Part shown: in pieces, positions 1 to 10,681 of the stretch
Layout of the letters: each line of letters starts with the position of its first letter
Position numbering within the stretch: the first letter of the stretch is position 1
Assembly: GCA_018402195.1 (NCBI GenBank)
Contig: JAGYIW010000005.1
Coordinates: 1 to 62,664 of the forward strand
Source of the DNA: Gammaproteobacteria bacterium
GTDB lineage: Bacteria; Pseudomonadota; Gammaproteobacteria; M30B25
Direction of reading: 5' to 3'
Length of the DNA: 62,664 bases
Notes under the pieces: model-generated
Told to the model about the DNA's origin: nothing
Databases searched by the model: none
Seen by the model: the letters and a program-made list of their open reading frames with translations, nothing else
Made by a program: the position numbers and the translations under genes

Positions 1-94
1 CAGTTTGAGTAAAACAAAAAATTCCTCAGGCACCCTATTTGCTTCCTTTATTTATGAAGCTATTTAATAACCTTTTCTCCATGGATGATTATCG

Positions 95-1459
95 CTATTT
101 TTTGTTGTGTTGCTTAGCATACTTGGATTGAAAAAATTCCACGACACCCTCTGCAACTTTTTGAGTCAGATTTGCATCGTCGGATTCAGCCATTACTCTA
201 ACTACAGGCTCAGTGCCAGATAGCCTCACTAAAACTCTCCCTCGACCACTGAGCTTTTTTTGGGATTTCTTCATGAGCTGAGAAAACGCTTCAGTTTGCA
301 TACGCTCCAAATCTCCAGATGATAGGGCAATATTGATTAATACTTGGGGAAAAACATTTAAATCGGCACATAGCTCATGCAGAGAACGATCACTTTCACA
401 CATGGCTCGCAATACTTGTAATGCCGCAATAATACCATCACCAGTAGTTGTTTTACCGAGATGAATCAAATGTCCAGATGGCTCACCACCCATTTGCCAG
501 CCTCGCGACTGCAAGGCCGACAACACATATTTATCACCCACTTCAGCCCGATAAAAACCAATGTCCTTCTCGGCCAGTGTTCTTACTAACCCCTCATTGC
601 TCATTTGCGTACCAACAACGCCAACTGGTGCCTCATCCATTTTTAGAGCATGCGTAGCCATCACATATAAACAGCTATCGCCGTTAACCAAATCGCCTCG
701 ATGGTCAACCATAATCAAGCGATCGCCATCACCATCAAAGGCAATCCCCACATCAGCTTGGTGTTTAAGCACTGCTTGCTGCAAAGCTTTCGGTTGTGTA
801 GAGCCACACTCCAAATTGATATTCAGGCCATTTGGCGCGCCCCCTAAGGTGATTACCCGAGCACCAAGCTCTGCGAAAACAGACGGTGCTACCTGATAGG
901 TCGCCCCATTTGCACAATCTACTACGATGGTCATACCAGAAAGGCTAAGATCATCTGGAAAACTTTGTTTACAAAATTCTGCATACCGGCCTCTGGCATC
1001 ATCGATGCGCTCTGCTTTGCCTAAAAGTGCCGAATCCACCATAGTAAGCGGCTGAGACAACTGAGATATGACACGTTTTTCATCATCTTCGGTAAGCTTA
1101 CCACCATTACTGGCAAAAAACTTTAGGCCATTGTCCCAGTAGGGATTGTGAGATGCTGTGATGACAATCCCTGCAGAAGCGCGCAGAGTTTTGGTCAGGT
1201 AAGCAATTCCTGGTGTAGGGAGGGGTCCTACTAATTGGATATTCATGCCAGCAGCTGAGAGACCTGCCTCAAGTGCTGACTCCAACATATAGCCAGAAAT
1301 ACGGGTGTCTTTCCCTATTAATATCTTATTACCAGGCTGCTGGCACAAAGCCTTGCCTACTGCCCAACCTAGTTTGAGAATAGACTCAGGGTTGATCACC
1401 TTACCACCAGTTCGACCACGAATGCCGTCAGTTCCAAAGACTGCGTTATTATCATTCAT
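95..1459 (-). CDS. glmM: Phosphoglucosamine mutase
   Basis: Lies in ORF 95..1537. N-terminal FGTDGIRG and the phosphoserine loop TASHNP are present. Start moved to the MNDNN Met (ATG 1459-1457), which is preceded by an AAGGA RBS and removes the overlap with folP. Confidence 0.93.
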   Translation of the reverse strand: MNDNNAVFGTDGIRGRTGGKVINPESILKLGWAVGKALCQQPGNKILIGKDTRISGYMLESALEAGLSAAGMNIQLVGPLPTPGIAYLTKTLRASAGIVITASHNPYWDNGLKFFASNGGKLTEDDEKRVISQLSQPLTMVDSALLGKAERIDDARGRYAEFCKQSFPDDLSLSGMTIVVDCANGATYQVAPSVFAELGARVITLGGAPNGLNINLECGSTQPKALQQAVLKHQADVGIAFDGDGDRLIMVDHRGDLVNGDSCLYVMATHALKMDEAPVGVVGTQMSNEGLVRTLAEKDIGFYRAEVGDKYVLSALQSRGWQMGGEPSGHLIHLGKTTTGDGIIAALQVLRAMCESDRSLHELCADLNVFPQVLINIALSSGDLERMQTEAFSQLMKKSQKKLSGRGRVLVRLSGTEPVVRVMAESDDANLTQKVAEGVVEFFQSKYAKQHNKK

Positions 1460-1481
1460 ATTTTTTCCTTCATTTGGGAAA

Positions 1482-2309
1482 TCAACGCATGACCGCTTTA
1501 TAGACAGCCATCGCATCCATGGTGGCGGCAACATCATGGGTTCGAATTATAGTTGCGCCATGGTAACAAGCCAGCATTGTCCCAGCGACACCAGCATAAA
1601 CTCTTTGATCAACCTGCCTGCCTGTAAGATGGCCCAGCGTTGATTTTCTTGAACAACCAAAAAGCACTGGACAGTCAAAGGCAGTGAAAGCCCTCAATCC
1701 TTTTAAAAGCATACAATTATGCTGGTGTGTTTTGCCAAAACCAAAACCAGGATCAACCACAATCCTTGCCTTGGCAATACCCGCTTGCTCACATGTGCCA
1801 ATGCGTTGTTGCAGATAAGCTTTGATTTCTTCTACCACATCGTCATAGACAATATCACCTTGCTGCATTGTGCTAGGCTCACCCCGCATATGCATCAAGC
1901 AAATGGCAGCTTTGCTATGGGCAACCGCTTCCACAGCTCCAGGCATAGTCAGAGCATCGACAGAATTGATCATATGCGCGCCTGCTTGCAATGCTGCTTG
2001 GATCACAGCAGGTTTGCGCGTGTCCACGGAAACTACAGCATCACACTCTACCAACACTCGCTCTAATACTGGCATCAGACGGTCAATCTCTTGTTGGTCT
2101 GTTAAAGATTGTGCACCAGGACGCGTTGATTCAGCACCAAGATCTAAAATAACTGCACCCTCTTGGACCATGTTTCTAGATTGCGCCAAGGCAAGATCAA
2201 TATTTTGAAAAAGTCCGTCACCAGAAAACGAGTCAGGGGTAAGATTGACAATCCCCATCACCACTGGCTTGGTGAGATCTAGTTTTTTTTCAGTGCACTC
2301 CAGCCACAT
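1482..2309 (-). CDS. folP: Dihydropteroate synthase
   Basis: 275 aa. Pterin-binding DHPS motifs GIVNLTPDSFSGDG, ILDLGAESTRPG and DPGFGFGK. Sits in the conserved ftsH-folP-glmM order. Confidence 0.93.
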   Translation of the reverse strand: MWLECTEKKLDLTKPVVMGIVNLTPDSFSGDGLFQNIDLALAQSRNMVQEGAVILDLGAESTRPGAQSLTDQQEIDRLMPVLERVLVECDAVVSVDTRKPAVIQAALQAGAHMINSVDALTMPGAVEAVAHSKAAICLMHMRGEPSTMQQGDIVYDDVVEEIKAYLQQRIGTCEQAGIAKARIVVDPGFGFGKTHQHNCMLLKGLRAFTAFDCPVLFGCSRKSTLGHLTGRQVDQRVYAGVAGTMLACYHGATIIRTHDVAATMDAMAVYKAVMR

Positions 2310-2434
2310 ATATACAACTCCAAAATAGGTTACATAAAGTGTAACTTAATGCGCACTTAGCTCAAGATTAAATATTATCAAGTAGCTCCTGGATCTCGCT
2401 GAGCTCACCCAGGCAGTCATTCTTCTTCAGCGTC

Positions 2435-4354
2435 TTACATGTCAGTATCATTTTTATCACTAGGCTCTTCGGTTTTTGTGCCAGGGGCCTCCTTCGAATC
2501 CCCCTCTTCTTCCCACCCTTTTGGTGGCGAGGCTTCTTTGCCCACAATGAGCTCGTTGATTTGATCCGAATCGATGGTCTCATATTTAATGAGGGCATCT
2601 GCCATCTTATGTAAGACAGCCATGTTATCATTGAGGATTTGCTTGGCTCTCTTATAATTGCGATCAATGATCTCTCTAACTTCTTCATCAATCATGTGGG
2701 CTGTGGCTTCAGAGACTTCTTTGCGTGAGGTCACACTTCTGCCTAAGAAGACTTCACCCTCTTCTTCACCATAAGATAATGGTCCCAATTTATCAGAAAA
2801 GCCCCATTTAGTCACCATGTTGCGTGCCAACTCAGTGGCTTTCTCAATGTCATTGGATGCCCCCGTGGTAACGTGTTCTTTGCCAAAGATTAGTTCTTCT
2901 GCCAGACGGCCACCAAATAAACTCGCCAACTGGCTTTCAAGTTTTTTAAAGCTATGGCTATAGCGATCTTCATCCGGCACAAACATGGTCACCCCTAGTG
3001 CGCGGCCACGTGGGATAATAGTGACTTTGTAAACAGGATCGTGCTCAGGGGACTTTAGACCGACAATGGCATGACCCGATTCGTGGTAAGCAGTCATTTT
3101 CTTCTCTTCATCCAGCATTACCATAGATCGACGCTCAGCCCCCATCATGATCTTGTCTTTGGCTTTTTCCATTTCGTTCATGCTGACAAGGTGCAAATCG
3201 GATTTGGCAGCAAATAAAGCTGCTTCGTTGACTAAGTTGGCCAAATCTGCTCCAGAGAAACCAGGGGTAGAGCGCGCCAGTCGTTCTGGCCTGACATCCT
3301 CTCCTAAAGGCAACTTGCGCATGTGCACACGTAAAATATGCTCTCGACCCCGGATATCAGGCAATGGCACCACCACTTGTCTGTCAAACCGTCCAGGCCT
3401 GAGCAAAGCTGGATCTAGTACATCTGGACGGTTGGTTGCTGCCATGACAATGACGTTTTCTTTGCCTTCAAAACCATCCATCTCAACTAGCATTTGGTTC
3501 AGTGTTTGTTCACGCTCATCGTGACCACCACCAAGACCTGCACCACGGTGACGACCTACAGCATCTAATTCATCAATAAAGATGATACAAGGTGAAGATT
3601 TTTTGGCTTGCTCAAACATGTCTCGCACCCGAGACGCGCCCACACCGACAAACATTTCCACAAAATCAGAACCAGAGATAGAGAAGAAATCCACCTTAGC
3701 TTCACCAGCACAAGCACGTGCTAGCAAGGTTTTACCAGAACCAGGAGGACCTACAAGCAAAACACCACAGGGAATTTTACCGCCAAGCTTGTGAAATTTT
3801 GTAGGATCTTTAAGAAACTCCACCACTTCTTGCACTTCCGCTTTGGCTTCATCAATACCTGCCACGTCATCGAAAGTGACTTTGACATCACCTTCTCCGG
3901 CCAATCGTGCTCTACTGCGACCAAAGGTCATGGGGTTACCTTTTCCCCCTCCTTGCATTTGTCTAAACAAGTAGAACATAACCACAAACAGCAATAACAT
4001 AGGGAACCAGCTAATAAAAACTCTTAACATCAAATGATCATCTGGCTTGCGGCCTTCTACTTTGACGGATTGCTTTATCAAATCGTTGAGCAGGAGCTGA
4101 TCCTGCTCCATGGGCATGTAGGTAACAAAGTGTTGATTGTTTTTGAAATTACCCCTTACCTCACGGCCATCAATAGAGACCTGGGCTACGTCTTTATTGT
4201 GGACAGCATTGACAAATTCGGAATATGCTAGCTGCTGAACACTACCACGATTTGGGCCAAAATTGTTCATGACTGACATTAGTACTACTACAATAACCAG
4301 CCATAGCACCAAATTCTTAAAGAAACCATCCTTGTTAGGCTCTACTGCCTTCAT
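2435..4354 (-). CDS. ftsH: ATP-dependent zinc metalloprotease FtsH
   Basis: 639 aa. Two N-terminal TM segments, AAA+ Walker [12 protein letters not shown], Walker B IIFIDELD, and zinc site HESGHA. Confidence 0.97.
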   Translation of the reverse strand: MKAVEPNKDGFFKNLVLWLVIVVVLMSVMNNFGPNRGSVQQLAYSEFVNAVHNKDVAQVSIDGREVRGNFKNNQHFVTYMPMEQDQLLLNDLIKQSVKVEGRKPDDHLMLRVFISWFPMLLLFVVMFYLFRQMQGGGKGNPMTFGRSRARLAGEGDVKVTFDDVAGIDEAKAEVQEVVEFLKDPTKFHKLGGKIPCGVLLVGPPGSGKTLLARACAGEAKVDFFSISGSDFVEMFVGVGASRVRDMFEQAKKSSPCIIFIDELDAVGRHRGAGLGGGHDEREQTLNQMLVEMDGFEGKENVIVMAATNRPDVLDPALLRPGRFDRQVVVPLPDIRGREHILRVHMRKLPLGEDVRPERLARSTPGFSGADLANLVNEAALFAAKSDLHLVSMNEMEKAKDKIMMGAERRSMVMLDEEKKMTAYHESGHAIVGLKSPEHDPVYKVTIIPRGRALGVTMFVPDEDRYSHSFKKLESQLASLFGGRLAEELIFGKEHVTTGASNDIEKATELARNMVTKWGFSDKLGPLSYGEEEGEVFLGRSVTSRKEVSEATAHMIDEEVREIIDRNYKRAKQILNDNMAVLHKMADALIKYETIDSDQINELIVGKEASPPKGWEEEGDSKEAPGTKTEEPSDKNDTDM

Positions 4355-4382
4355 GTACCCACTCCTAAATACGCTAGTGATT

Positions 4383-5028
4383 TTACTGAGCCCGCATTAT
4401 AGCGCGAAAGTTTCTTGCAGACAAATAGACTTCTTTAGACTGGGACTTAGAGGCTTTGGGCTTGCGAATGCGTACGTTGACGAAATGTTGACGCACTTTG
4501 ATGACGAAAGCATCAAAGCCAACGCCATGAAAAAGTTTGACAACAAAGGCGCCTTTAGGTTGTAAAACTGCAAGTGAAAAATCCAGCGCTTGTTCGGCCA
4601 AAGCTATCATGCGTAACTGATCAGTCATAGGGATGCCAGAAATGTTGGGAGCCATGTCACTCATGACTACATCAGCTTGCTTTCCGTTGAGCAGGTCCTT
4701 TAACACTGTTACTTGCTCAGGCTCAGTAAAATCGCCTTGCAGAAAACTAACACCTTGAATAGGCTCGAGGGGCAACAGGTCAATTCCTACCACAGTGCCT
4801 TGATGCCCCACACGGTTTCGGGCAATTTCACTAGGCCACCTGGGGCTGCGCCCAAATCTACTACCACATTGCCTTTCTAAACAGTGATGCCTGTTCATCT
4901 AGCTCCAGTGCAATTTAAAAGCTGCGCGCGAGCGATAGCCCAAGGCTCTGAGCTGGGCTGACGTAGGGATCATTGGATGTGGTTTCGATACCCATTGTTT
5001 CATATTTTTTTTTCCCATCACAGGCTCC
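4383..5028 (-). pseudogene. rlmE: 23S rRNA U2552 2'-O-methyltransferase RlmE/FtsJ, frameshifted in the 5' third
   Basis: ORF 4383..4898 reads as the C-terminal two thirds of RlmE (DLLPLEPIQGVSFLQGDF, VVMSDMAPNISG, RKPKASKSQSKEVY). The N-terminal peptides MGKKNMKQW, NDPYVS.AQSLG, YRSRAAFKL, ELDEQASLFRK and NVVVDLGAAPGG occur between 4899 and 5028 in alternating frames, which requires at least 3 frameshifts across the SAM-binding region. Confidence 0.8.
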
Positions 5029-5088
5029 CTTAATAAGATGAATATCCTAGCAAATTATGAGAATTTCACAACACATATATACCCAATT

Positions 5089-5517
5089 CAGCAATTCTCG
5101 GTGAAGCTACTTTGCCCAAATGTTCTGTGCAATATAGGCGTATTTCCCTGTAAACCCTCTAAAACTAATTTAAACTTCAGTCTTTTGCCCATTTCTTCCG
5201 CTTCGTTGTCTTAGCCTCCTTGTCTAGCTGTAGAATAACACCCTCTTAAATACACCACTAACTTAACTGGCAAGTGGGGGTAGTATCATTTTTCTCAGCA
5301 ATTCTCGGTGAATTATAAGTAGTTAATTTTTCTATTGTAAAAGTGCAAACAAAACAAAATTCTCAGCATGTATTCTAGCAAGGGTGCTGCTACATTGTTT
5401 ATGAAGCAACAAGGAGCATTAGGAACAGTTGGGTGACTGAATGACCAACTTTGGATCAATAAATTGGGCCTATATTGCACAGAACATTTGGGCAAGTAGC
5501 TTCACCGAGAATTGCTG
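5089..5517. mobile_element. MITE-like non-autonomous element, copy A (full length, ~50-bp terminal inverted repeats)
   Basis: 5089-5139 (CAGCAATTCTCGGTGAAGCTACTTTGCCCAAATGTTCTGTGCAATATAGGC) is the near-perfect reverse complement of 5468-5517. An internal truncated TIR copy lies at 5296-5313. There is no credible ORF. Homologous pieces are at 10227, 13677, 24130 and 62621. Confidence 0.85.
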
Positions 5518-5583
5518 CAAATCGATAAAGAATGATGCAATTTGCCAAAAAATCCGTTAATCTTGGGTTAGGGGTTTTCAAGG

Positions 5584-6540
5584 ATGATTATTTTGATTCG
5601 CAAGCATCCCTTTGCTAGATTGGCGCTAGTTGCCTTATTGTGTGCAGCCATGATGTATGGATGTACAAGCGTTTCTCAGGAAGACACCAATGATCCTTAC
5701 GAATCAATCAACCGTGGCATTTTTAAATTCAACCGCGGCTTAGACAAACATGTAGTCAAGCCCATTGCCAAAACTTACGGCCGTGTAGTGCCAGATAAAA
5801 TTCAGAAATCTGTTAGTAACTTCTTCTCTAATCTCAATCTGTTACCTACCATAGCCAATGACATCATGCAAGCCAACCTCACTGGAGGCCTTTCCGGTAT
5901 AGCAAGATTTTGTGTCAATAGCACGCTAGGTATTTTGGGCTTATTTGATGTGGTGGAAACTTTCCATCTTAATCTGCCCAAACACCACCAAGATCTAGGC
6001 TTAACTTTAGCAAAATATGGTGCCCATGAATCCCCCTACATCATGATGCCTGTCTTTGGCCCAAAAACTGTGAGAGAAATAGTTTCCATGCCTATTTCCA
6101 TGACCACTCTTGCACCACTTAGCTATTTGGATAACAGCACTGTCAGTTATGGACTTCAAAGCTTGGAAGTGGTGAACTACCGGGCCTTCTTGTTAGCCAC
6201 CGATAAATTGGTAAATGAATCCTTTGACCCCTATGTTTTTGTTCGCAATGCTTACTTGCAAGATCGTAACCGCCAGGTTAACCAACTGGCTGAGAAGACT
6301 GCGCGACTGAAGCCAGAACCAGATGATAGTGATGATGTCATTGAAGAACTTGATGATGACCTGCAGATGGAAAAAATTGATGAGGCTGAAGATGCGTTTT
6401 TAGACCAGCTTGAAAATGATTCCTTTATATACAGCTACCAGCATTATCGCAACCACTATCACCCCGCAAGCACCTTTCATTTAAAGCATCATCGTGTTAG
6501 TGAATCCAAACCTGCCAAGCCACAGCATAGCGTTGAATAA
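5584..6540 (+). CDS. mlaA: MlaA/VacJ family outer-membrane lipoprotein
   Basis: 318 aa. Lipobox ..MMYGC. MlaA core DPYESINRGIFKFNRGLDKHVVKPIAKTYGRVVP..SNFFSNL. Acidic C-terminal extension. Confidence 0.88.
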   Translation: MIILIRKHPFARLALVALLCAAMMYGCTSVSQEDTNDPYESINRGIFKFNRGLDKHVVKPIAKTYGRVVPDKIQKSVSNFFSNLNLLPTIANDIMQANLTGGLSGIARFCVNSTLGILGLFDVVETFHLNLPKHHQDLGLTLAKYGAHESPYIMMPVFGPKTVREIVSMPISMTTLAPLSYLDNSTVSYGLQSLEVVNYRAFLLATDKLVNESFDPYVFVRNAYLQDRNRQVNQLAEKTARLKPEPDDSDDVIEELDDDLQMEKIDEAEDAFLDQLENDSFIYSYQHYRNHYHPASTFHLKHHRVSESKPAKPQHSVE

Positions 6541-6560
6541 CCCAAAGAAAAAAGATAATA

Positions 6561-6578
6561 TGGGCTTTTAAAAGCCCA
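6561..6578 (+). terminator. Perfect palindromic hairpin between mlaA and trmL (possible terminator/attenuator)
   Basis: TGGGCTTTTAAAAGCCCA, an 8-bp stem with a 2-nt loop, 21 nt after the mlaA stop. There is no clear U-tract, so confidence is low. Confidence 0.3.
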
Positions 6579-6587
6579 CTTAGTTAA

Positions 6588-7064
6588 ATGTTTCATATTG
6601 CCCTTTACCAACCAGAAATTGCCCCTAACACAGGAAATGTTATCCGTTTGGCTGCCAATACGGGTGCCAACCTGCATTTAATTCATCCCTTAGGCTTTCA
6701 CCCTACTGACAAGCAACTTAGGCGTGCTGGGCTAGATTATCATGACTGGACCAGCATTCACCACCATGATGATTTTGAGTCATTTTTACAGCATTGCCAA
6801 CAAGAAAATCTGGCACGCATTTTTGCCATTTCCACTAAAGGTAGAAGTCATTATAACGAGATTGACTACTTACCCAATGATGTTTTTTTGTTTGGCCCAG
6901 AAACCCGGGGCCTGCCAGGAGATGTGCTTGCTATTTTGACAGTTAAGCGTATTTTGCGCATACCGATGATGCCTAACAATCGTAGCCTTAACCTAGCCAA
7001 TGCAGTAAGCGTGATTGTCTATGAGGCTTGGCGTCAGTTAGGGTTTAATGGGGCAAATTTCTAG
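6588..7064 (+). CDS. trmL: tRNA (cytidine/uridine34-2'-O)-methyltransferase TrmL (SpoU family)
   Basis: 158 aa. The N-terminus [37 protein letters not shown] is typical of TrmL/YibK. C-terminal knot region [13 protein letters not shown]. Confidence 0.88.
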   Translation: MFHIALYQPEIAPNTGNVIRLAANTGANLHLIHPLGFHPTDKQLRRAGLDYHDWTSIHHHDDFESFLQHCQQENLARIFAISTKGRSHYNEIDYLPNDVFLFGPETRGLPGDVLAILTVKRILRIPMMPNNRSLNLANAVSVIVYEAWRQLGFNGANF

Positions 7065-8041
7065 GGTAAAAACCAGCCTTTCGGCAATTGATTCAGGCCA
7101 ATTTCACCCTGTAATACTGACATCAGTTGCCCTAACATAGGCATGGCCACGTCATACTTAGCAGCCAAGCGCGCAACACTTTCGGCAGTTATCTTACCCT
7201 CGACTACTTGACCAATGCCTTGTTCAGCTTGTTCAGGCGATTCTCCTCTCCCTAATGCCAAGCCAAAACGGCGATTACGTGACTGATCATCGGTGGCAGT
7301 AAGCATCAAATCGCCAATACCTGCTAGATCTGAAAAAGTCGCAGGGTTTGCACCCATGGCAACACCCAGCGCCTGCATTTCAGCCAAGCCTTGGGTAATT
7401 AGAGCACACCTTGCATTAGCACCGTAGCCCATGCCATCGACTATCCCTGCAGCAATAGCAATGACATTTTTCACAGCGCCTCCAACCTGAACACCAATGA
7501 TGTCGTTTGAAATACGCACATGAAAATAATCATTATTCAGGCAGTCACACCAGAATTGTCCTAAAGATTTATCGCTACCAGCCATATTCACTGCACTTGG
7601 TTTTTTCGCGATCACTTCACCAGCAAAAGAGGGCCCAGACAACACTGCCATACCCTCAATGTCTGGCCATTGCGTCAAGAGCAACTCGGAAAGCAGCTGT
7701 CCTTTGTTATGATCAAACCCTTTGGTGGCCCATGCCAGTGACCTAACTTGATCAGCAGCTTTAACCCGTGCAACCATGTCTGCAAAAGCCACACTAGGCA
7801 CAGCCAGCAAAACTGCATCTACGCCAGAAAGTGCGGCTTCGATTTGTTCACACACCTGCATATGCTCCAACAAAGCAATCCCAGGATGATAGGCTTGATT
7901 TTCACCATGCTTGATAATCTCGGCAGCTTCAAGCCCCCAAAGACGCACTTTGGCACCGTTCTTTGCCAATAACAACGCCAAAGCCGTTCCCCATGAACCT
8001 GAGCCCAACACGGCAATGGTTGCACCCTGTGCTTGAATCAT
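7061..8041 (-). CDS. gpsA: NAD(P)H-dependent glycerol-3-phosphate dehydrogenase
   Basis: Rossmann motif [12 protein letters not shown]. Downstream motifs [12 protein letters not shown] and [17 protein letters not shown]. Start set at the second Met of ORF 7061..8056. Confidence 0.93.
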   Translation of the reverse strand: MIQAQGATIAVLGSGSWGTALALLLAKNGAKVRLWGLEAAEIIKHGENQAYHPGIALLEHMQVCEQIEAALSGVDAVLLAVPSVAFADMVARVKAADQVRSLAWATKGFDHNKGQLLSELLLTQWPDIEGMAVLSGPSFAGEVIAKKPSAVNMAGSDKSLGQFWCDCLNNDYFHVRISNDIIGVQVGGAVKNVIAIAAGIVDGMGYGANARCALITQGLAEMQALGVAMGANPATFSDLAGIGDLMLTATDDQSRNRRFGLALGRGESPEQAEQGIGQVVEGKITAESVARLAAKYDVAMPMLGQLMSVLQGEIGLNQLPKGWFLP

Positions 8042-8078
8042 ACCCAATCCTCCCATAGCTTAAACCTGAGCGGCTATT

Positions 8079-8600
8079 TTAATTTTTGCTACCTTCAGTT
8101 TTAGCCACAGGCTCATTGGCTGCTTTTTGGGTGAATTGACCAGCTTGCGCAGCATACATGGCTTCAAAGTTGACTGGCGCCAAGTAAAGCGGTGGGAAGC
8201 CACCTTTAACTACCAAATCTGAAATAGCTTCTCTGGCATAAGGAAAGAGTACATTTGGGCAAACGACAGCCAATATTTGCCCCATGGTAGTATCGTCAAA
8301 GCCTTTCAAGGAAAACACGCCAGCTTGCTGAACTTCGACCAAGAATACTGTTTTATCTTCTTGCTCAGCTGTGACCGTTAAGTGGAGTACCACATTGGTA
8401 TGGATATCGTCTAATGATACATGCTGAATCTCTAGATCGACTTTGATTTCTGGCGAATATTCATTCAAAAAACTCTTCGGTGTGTCAGGGGCTTCGAATG
8501 AAACATCTTTGATATAAATACGCTGAATACCAAACCGTTGGCCATCACCTTCTAGCGTTGTGCCAGCATCCGCCTGTTGATCATTTTGTTTTTCTGCCAT
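8079..8600 (-). CDS. secB: Protein-export chaperone SecB
   Basis: 173 aa. FGIQRIYIKDVSFEAP..P..F and CPNVLFPYAREAISDLVVKGGFPPLYLAPVNF are typical of SecB. Sits in the conserved grxC-secB-gpsA order. Confidence 0.93.
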   Translation of the reverse strand: MAEKQNDQQADAGTTLEGDGQRFGIQRIYIKDVSFEAPDTPKSFLNEYSPEIKVDLEIQHVSLDDIHTNVVLHLTVTAEQEDKTVFLVEVQQAGVFSLKGFDDTTMGQILAVVCPNVLFPYAREAISDLVVKGGFPPLYLAPVNFEAMYAAQAGQFTQKAANEPVAKTEGSKN

Positions 8601-8621
8601 GGTCTATCCTTATATTGTTAA

Positions 8622-8876
8622 TTAATCAAAATAGGCGTCTAGCTTGCGTTCAGCTTCTAGCGCGTACAAATCATCACAACCACCAATGTGGTTATCATTG
8701 ATAAAAATTTGTGGCACAGTGCGGGCCCCTTTGGCACGCTCTAGCATGAGATCACGCATGGATTCATCAGTATCAACGCGGATTTCTTCATAAGACTGCC
8801 CTTTGTGATCAAGTAATTTTTTTGCCTTAACGCAGTACGGGCAAACCTCAGTGGTATAAATTTCAATTTTGGTCAT
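8622..8876 (-). CDS. grxC: Glutaredoxin 3
   Basis: 84 aa. CPYC active site, TVPQIFI and GGCDDL motifs. Confidence 0.93.
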   Translation of the reverse strand: MTKIEIYTTEVCPYCVKAKKLLDHKGQSYEEIRVDTDESMRDLMLERAKGARTVPQIFINDNHIGGCDDLYALEAERKLDAYFD

Positions 8877-8891
8877 TTTTCCTCCTTAGCT

Positions 8892-9332
8892 TTACTGCAC
8901 GACAGGCAACTTGGCCTCAGTCCAAGCATGCATGCCACCACGCAACACATTCACATTAGCATAATCTTGTTGCTTAAGCATTCCGGCTGCTTTTTTTGCA
9001 CTTATGCCGGCTTTGCAGACCACAACTACCGGTTTTTTCTGGGCTCTTTTCAGCTTAGCTGGCCAGTGTTTTTTATCTGCTAAATCAGCCAATGAGACGT
9101 GAATGGCTCCTAGAATATGGTTATTGTCAAAAACATCTTTGCTACGCACATCCAAGACCACAGCATGCTCCCGGTTCATCATATTAACCAATTGCGTCGA
9201 ATCAATCAAAGCACTACCTCTGCCCATGTCGCCTAATTCCAAGACGATCAAGCTGATCAAAAACATGAAAAAAACAGCACTCAGTACCCAATGGCCCATA
9301 AGGAATGTGAGTAATTCTTGCATAAAAACCAC
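8892..9332 (-). CDS. Membrane-anchored rhodanese-domain protein (YibN-like)
   Basis: 146 aa. N-terminal TM segment. Rhodanese fold with active-site loop VVVVCKAGISAKKAA. Syntenic with grxC-secB as in enterobacterial yibN. Confidence 0.82.
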   Translation of the reverse strand: MVFMQELLTFLMGHWVLSAVFFMFLISLIVLELGDMGRGSALIDSTQLVNMMNREHAVVLDVRSKDVFDNNHILGAIHVSLADLADKKHWPAKLKRAQKKPVVVVCKAGISAKKAAGMLKQQDYANVNVLRGGMHAWTEAKLPVVQ

Positions 9333-9619
9333 CTAGTTACTTATTTCAGTATGCCATTATACCTTTTTCTTCGTGGTATTGGTAGCACCTAGGCTGTTCG
9401 TCCGCCAAGATCCTCTCATTAAAATTTAGCTAGATTTGTTGATTAGTTGTAATCTATTCCTTAGTTTCTAGAACAGTGATTTTGCAATGGACACAGTAAA
9501 ACTTGTTGAAGCCAATCCCCCCACCCCCGAAGAAAGTCCCGTATTGCATAATCAAAGAAAAGTTAATGAATAGAGGGCCTGATGATATTTAGGCTTCAAC
9601 TTGCCAAGATCAACAAAAC

Positions 9620-10223
9620 CAGCAACATGATAAATTTTTAGGAGGTATGCAGCACCACTGGTTGGCCATTGATGTTGTCAAGTGCATGGTGCGATAATCT
9701 TGTGGAATATTTTGAAATGGGATCTGCTCAAGGAAATTTCTGGGAAAATGTGGTGTCACTAGCAGGCAGTGATATGAGGACAGACTATGCAGGGAAACTG
9801 GCACTCAAAGAGTGGCAAGGGTGATGTGATAGTCCTCATTGAGCATCAGAGTCACCCGGATAAAATAATGCCATTACGTGTTGATATGCAATAGAGCTCA
9901 TGTATCAACATCGGCATGTATTAGCGCAAGGCAAACAAATTCCAGCTGTATTACTGGATTGTTTTTTACACGGGAGAGCGTCACTATCCATTTTTCAACA
10001 GACATCAGTGATTTGGTGCTGCAAATTGATGCAGGCTTACAGTTGCATTGTCGTAGTCAATATGCTTGGGACACCACTAGTAGGATATAGCCCTGATGTT
10101 GAACTAAGAATATTGTCCCTATTCTATGAGGCATTTGGTTTGGCTAGAAATCCAAATGTGGGAAAAATTATTAACGGCGGTGAGTAAATTAGACGGTTTG
10201 CGTAAAAAGGGGATAATGATTTT
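9620..10223 (+). pseudogene. Rpn/YhgA-like (PD-(D/E)XK, transposase_31-type) recombination nuclease, 5' part, decayed
   Basis: Family peptides appear in shifting frames with in-frame stops: HDKF (9626-9637), VLIEHQSHPDKIMPLRV, QGKQIPAVL and FYTGERHYPF. The gene is cut at 10223-10227 by a TIR-bounded insertion. Confidence 0.6.
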
Positions 10224-10226
10224 AAG

Positions 10227-10365
10227 CAGTAAATGCTCGGTGAATTATAAGTGGTTGATTTTTGTATTGTAAAGGTGCAACAAAATAAAATTTTCGTGCA
10301 GAAAAATATCTCTGTAGTAAGTTAGTTGCCACATTGTTCAGAAACAACAGGAGTACTGAAATGAA
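10227..10365 (+). mobile_element. MITE-family fragment, copy C (homologous to 5296-5440 of copy A)
   Basis: CAGTAAATGCTCGGTGAATTATAAGTGGTTGATTTTTGTATTGTAAAGGTGCAAC.. aligns with 5296 onward (CAGCAATTCTCGGTGAATTATAAGTAGTTAATTTTTCTATTGTAAAAGTGCAAAC..). Confidence 0.7.
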
Positions 10366-10681
10366 AATTAAAAGCATCTTAGTTTTGTAGCCTTCGCTCG
10401 ATGATGTCAGAAAAGATTCTGAGCATACCTGGATTGTACGGAAGTGATCCCATTTATGCCGGAACAAATTATTAACTCAGATGGAGTAACTAAACAAAAC
10501 TGTGAAATGAATGCAGCAAAACGTTTTATTGGCAATATTCGCAAGGAATTTCCTCAACGCATTGCGGTGCGGCTGGATGGGCCGCAGATTAAAGTGCTTT
10601 GAAAAGTGGGTATGATGATTTTTATTTGTTAGTAAAGCAGAAGTTAAAACGAAAACAAACCACAATGTCAAGGAGCTAAAT

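Noticed and set aside
1460-1537. N-terminal extensions of track ORFs: glmM 1460-1537, gpsA 8042-8056, thyA 21562-21666, nrdB 27745-27834, ssb 45224-45262, icmD 50638-50709 and icmK 55655-55723.
   Set aside because: In each case an internal Met with an RBS matches the conserved N-terminus of the family and removes the overlap with the upstream gene.
1536-1550. A GGGTTCGAAT T-loop-like motif suggesting a tRNA.
   Set aside because: It lies inside the folP coding sequence, and no acceptor or anticodon stems can be drawn around it.
2368-2691. A 107-aa minus-strand ORF overlapping the ftsH 3' end, and the many 60-140-aa ORFs antisense to or out of frame with large genes (uvrA, nrdA, icmB, icmO and others).
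   Set aside because: They are fully embedded in strongly supported genes, have no independent signals, and show biased composition. They are treated as shadow ORFs.
5313-5495. A 60-aa ORF inside MITE copy A.
   Set aside because: It runs through the terminal inverted repeat, has no RBS, and is not preserved in the other copies.
10456-10602. A 48-codon ORF (MPEQIINSDGVTKQNCEMNAAKRFIGNIRKEFPQRIAVRLDGPQIKVL) that might be a DDE-transposase fragment (IS4/IS1380-like region preceding the catalytic D).
   Set aside because: The resemblance is vague and recalled from memory only, with no catalytic motif. It cannot be supported without a database search.
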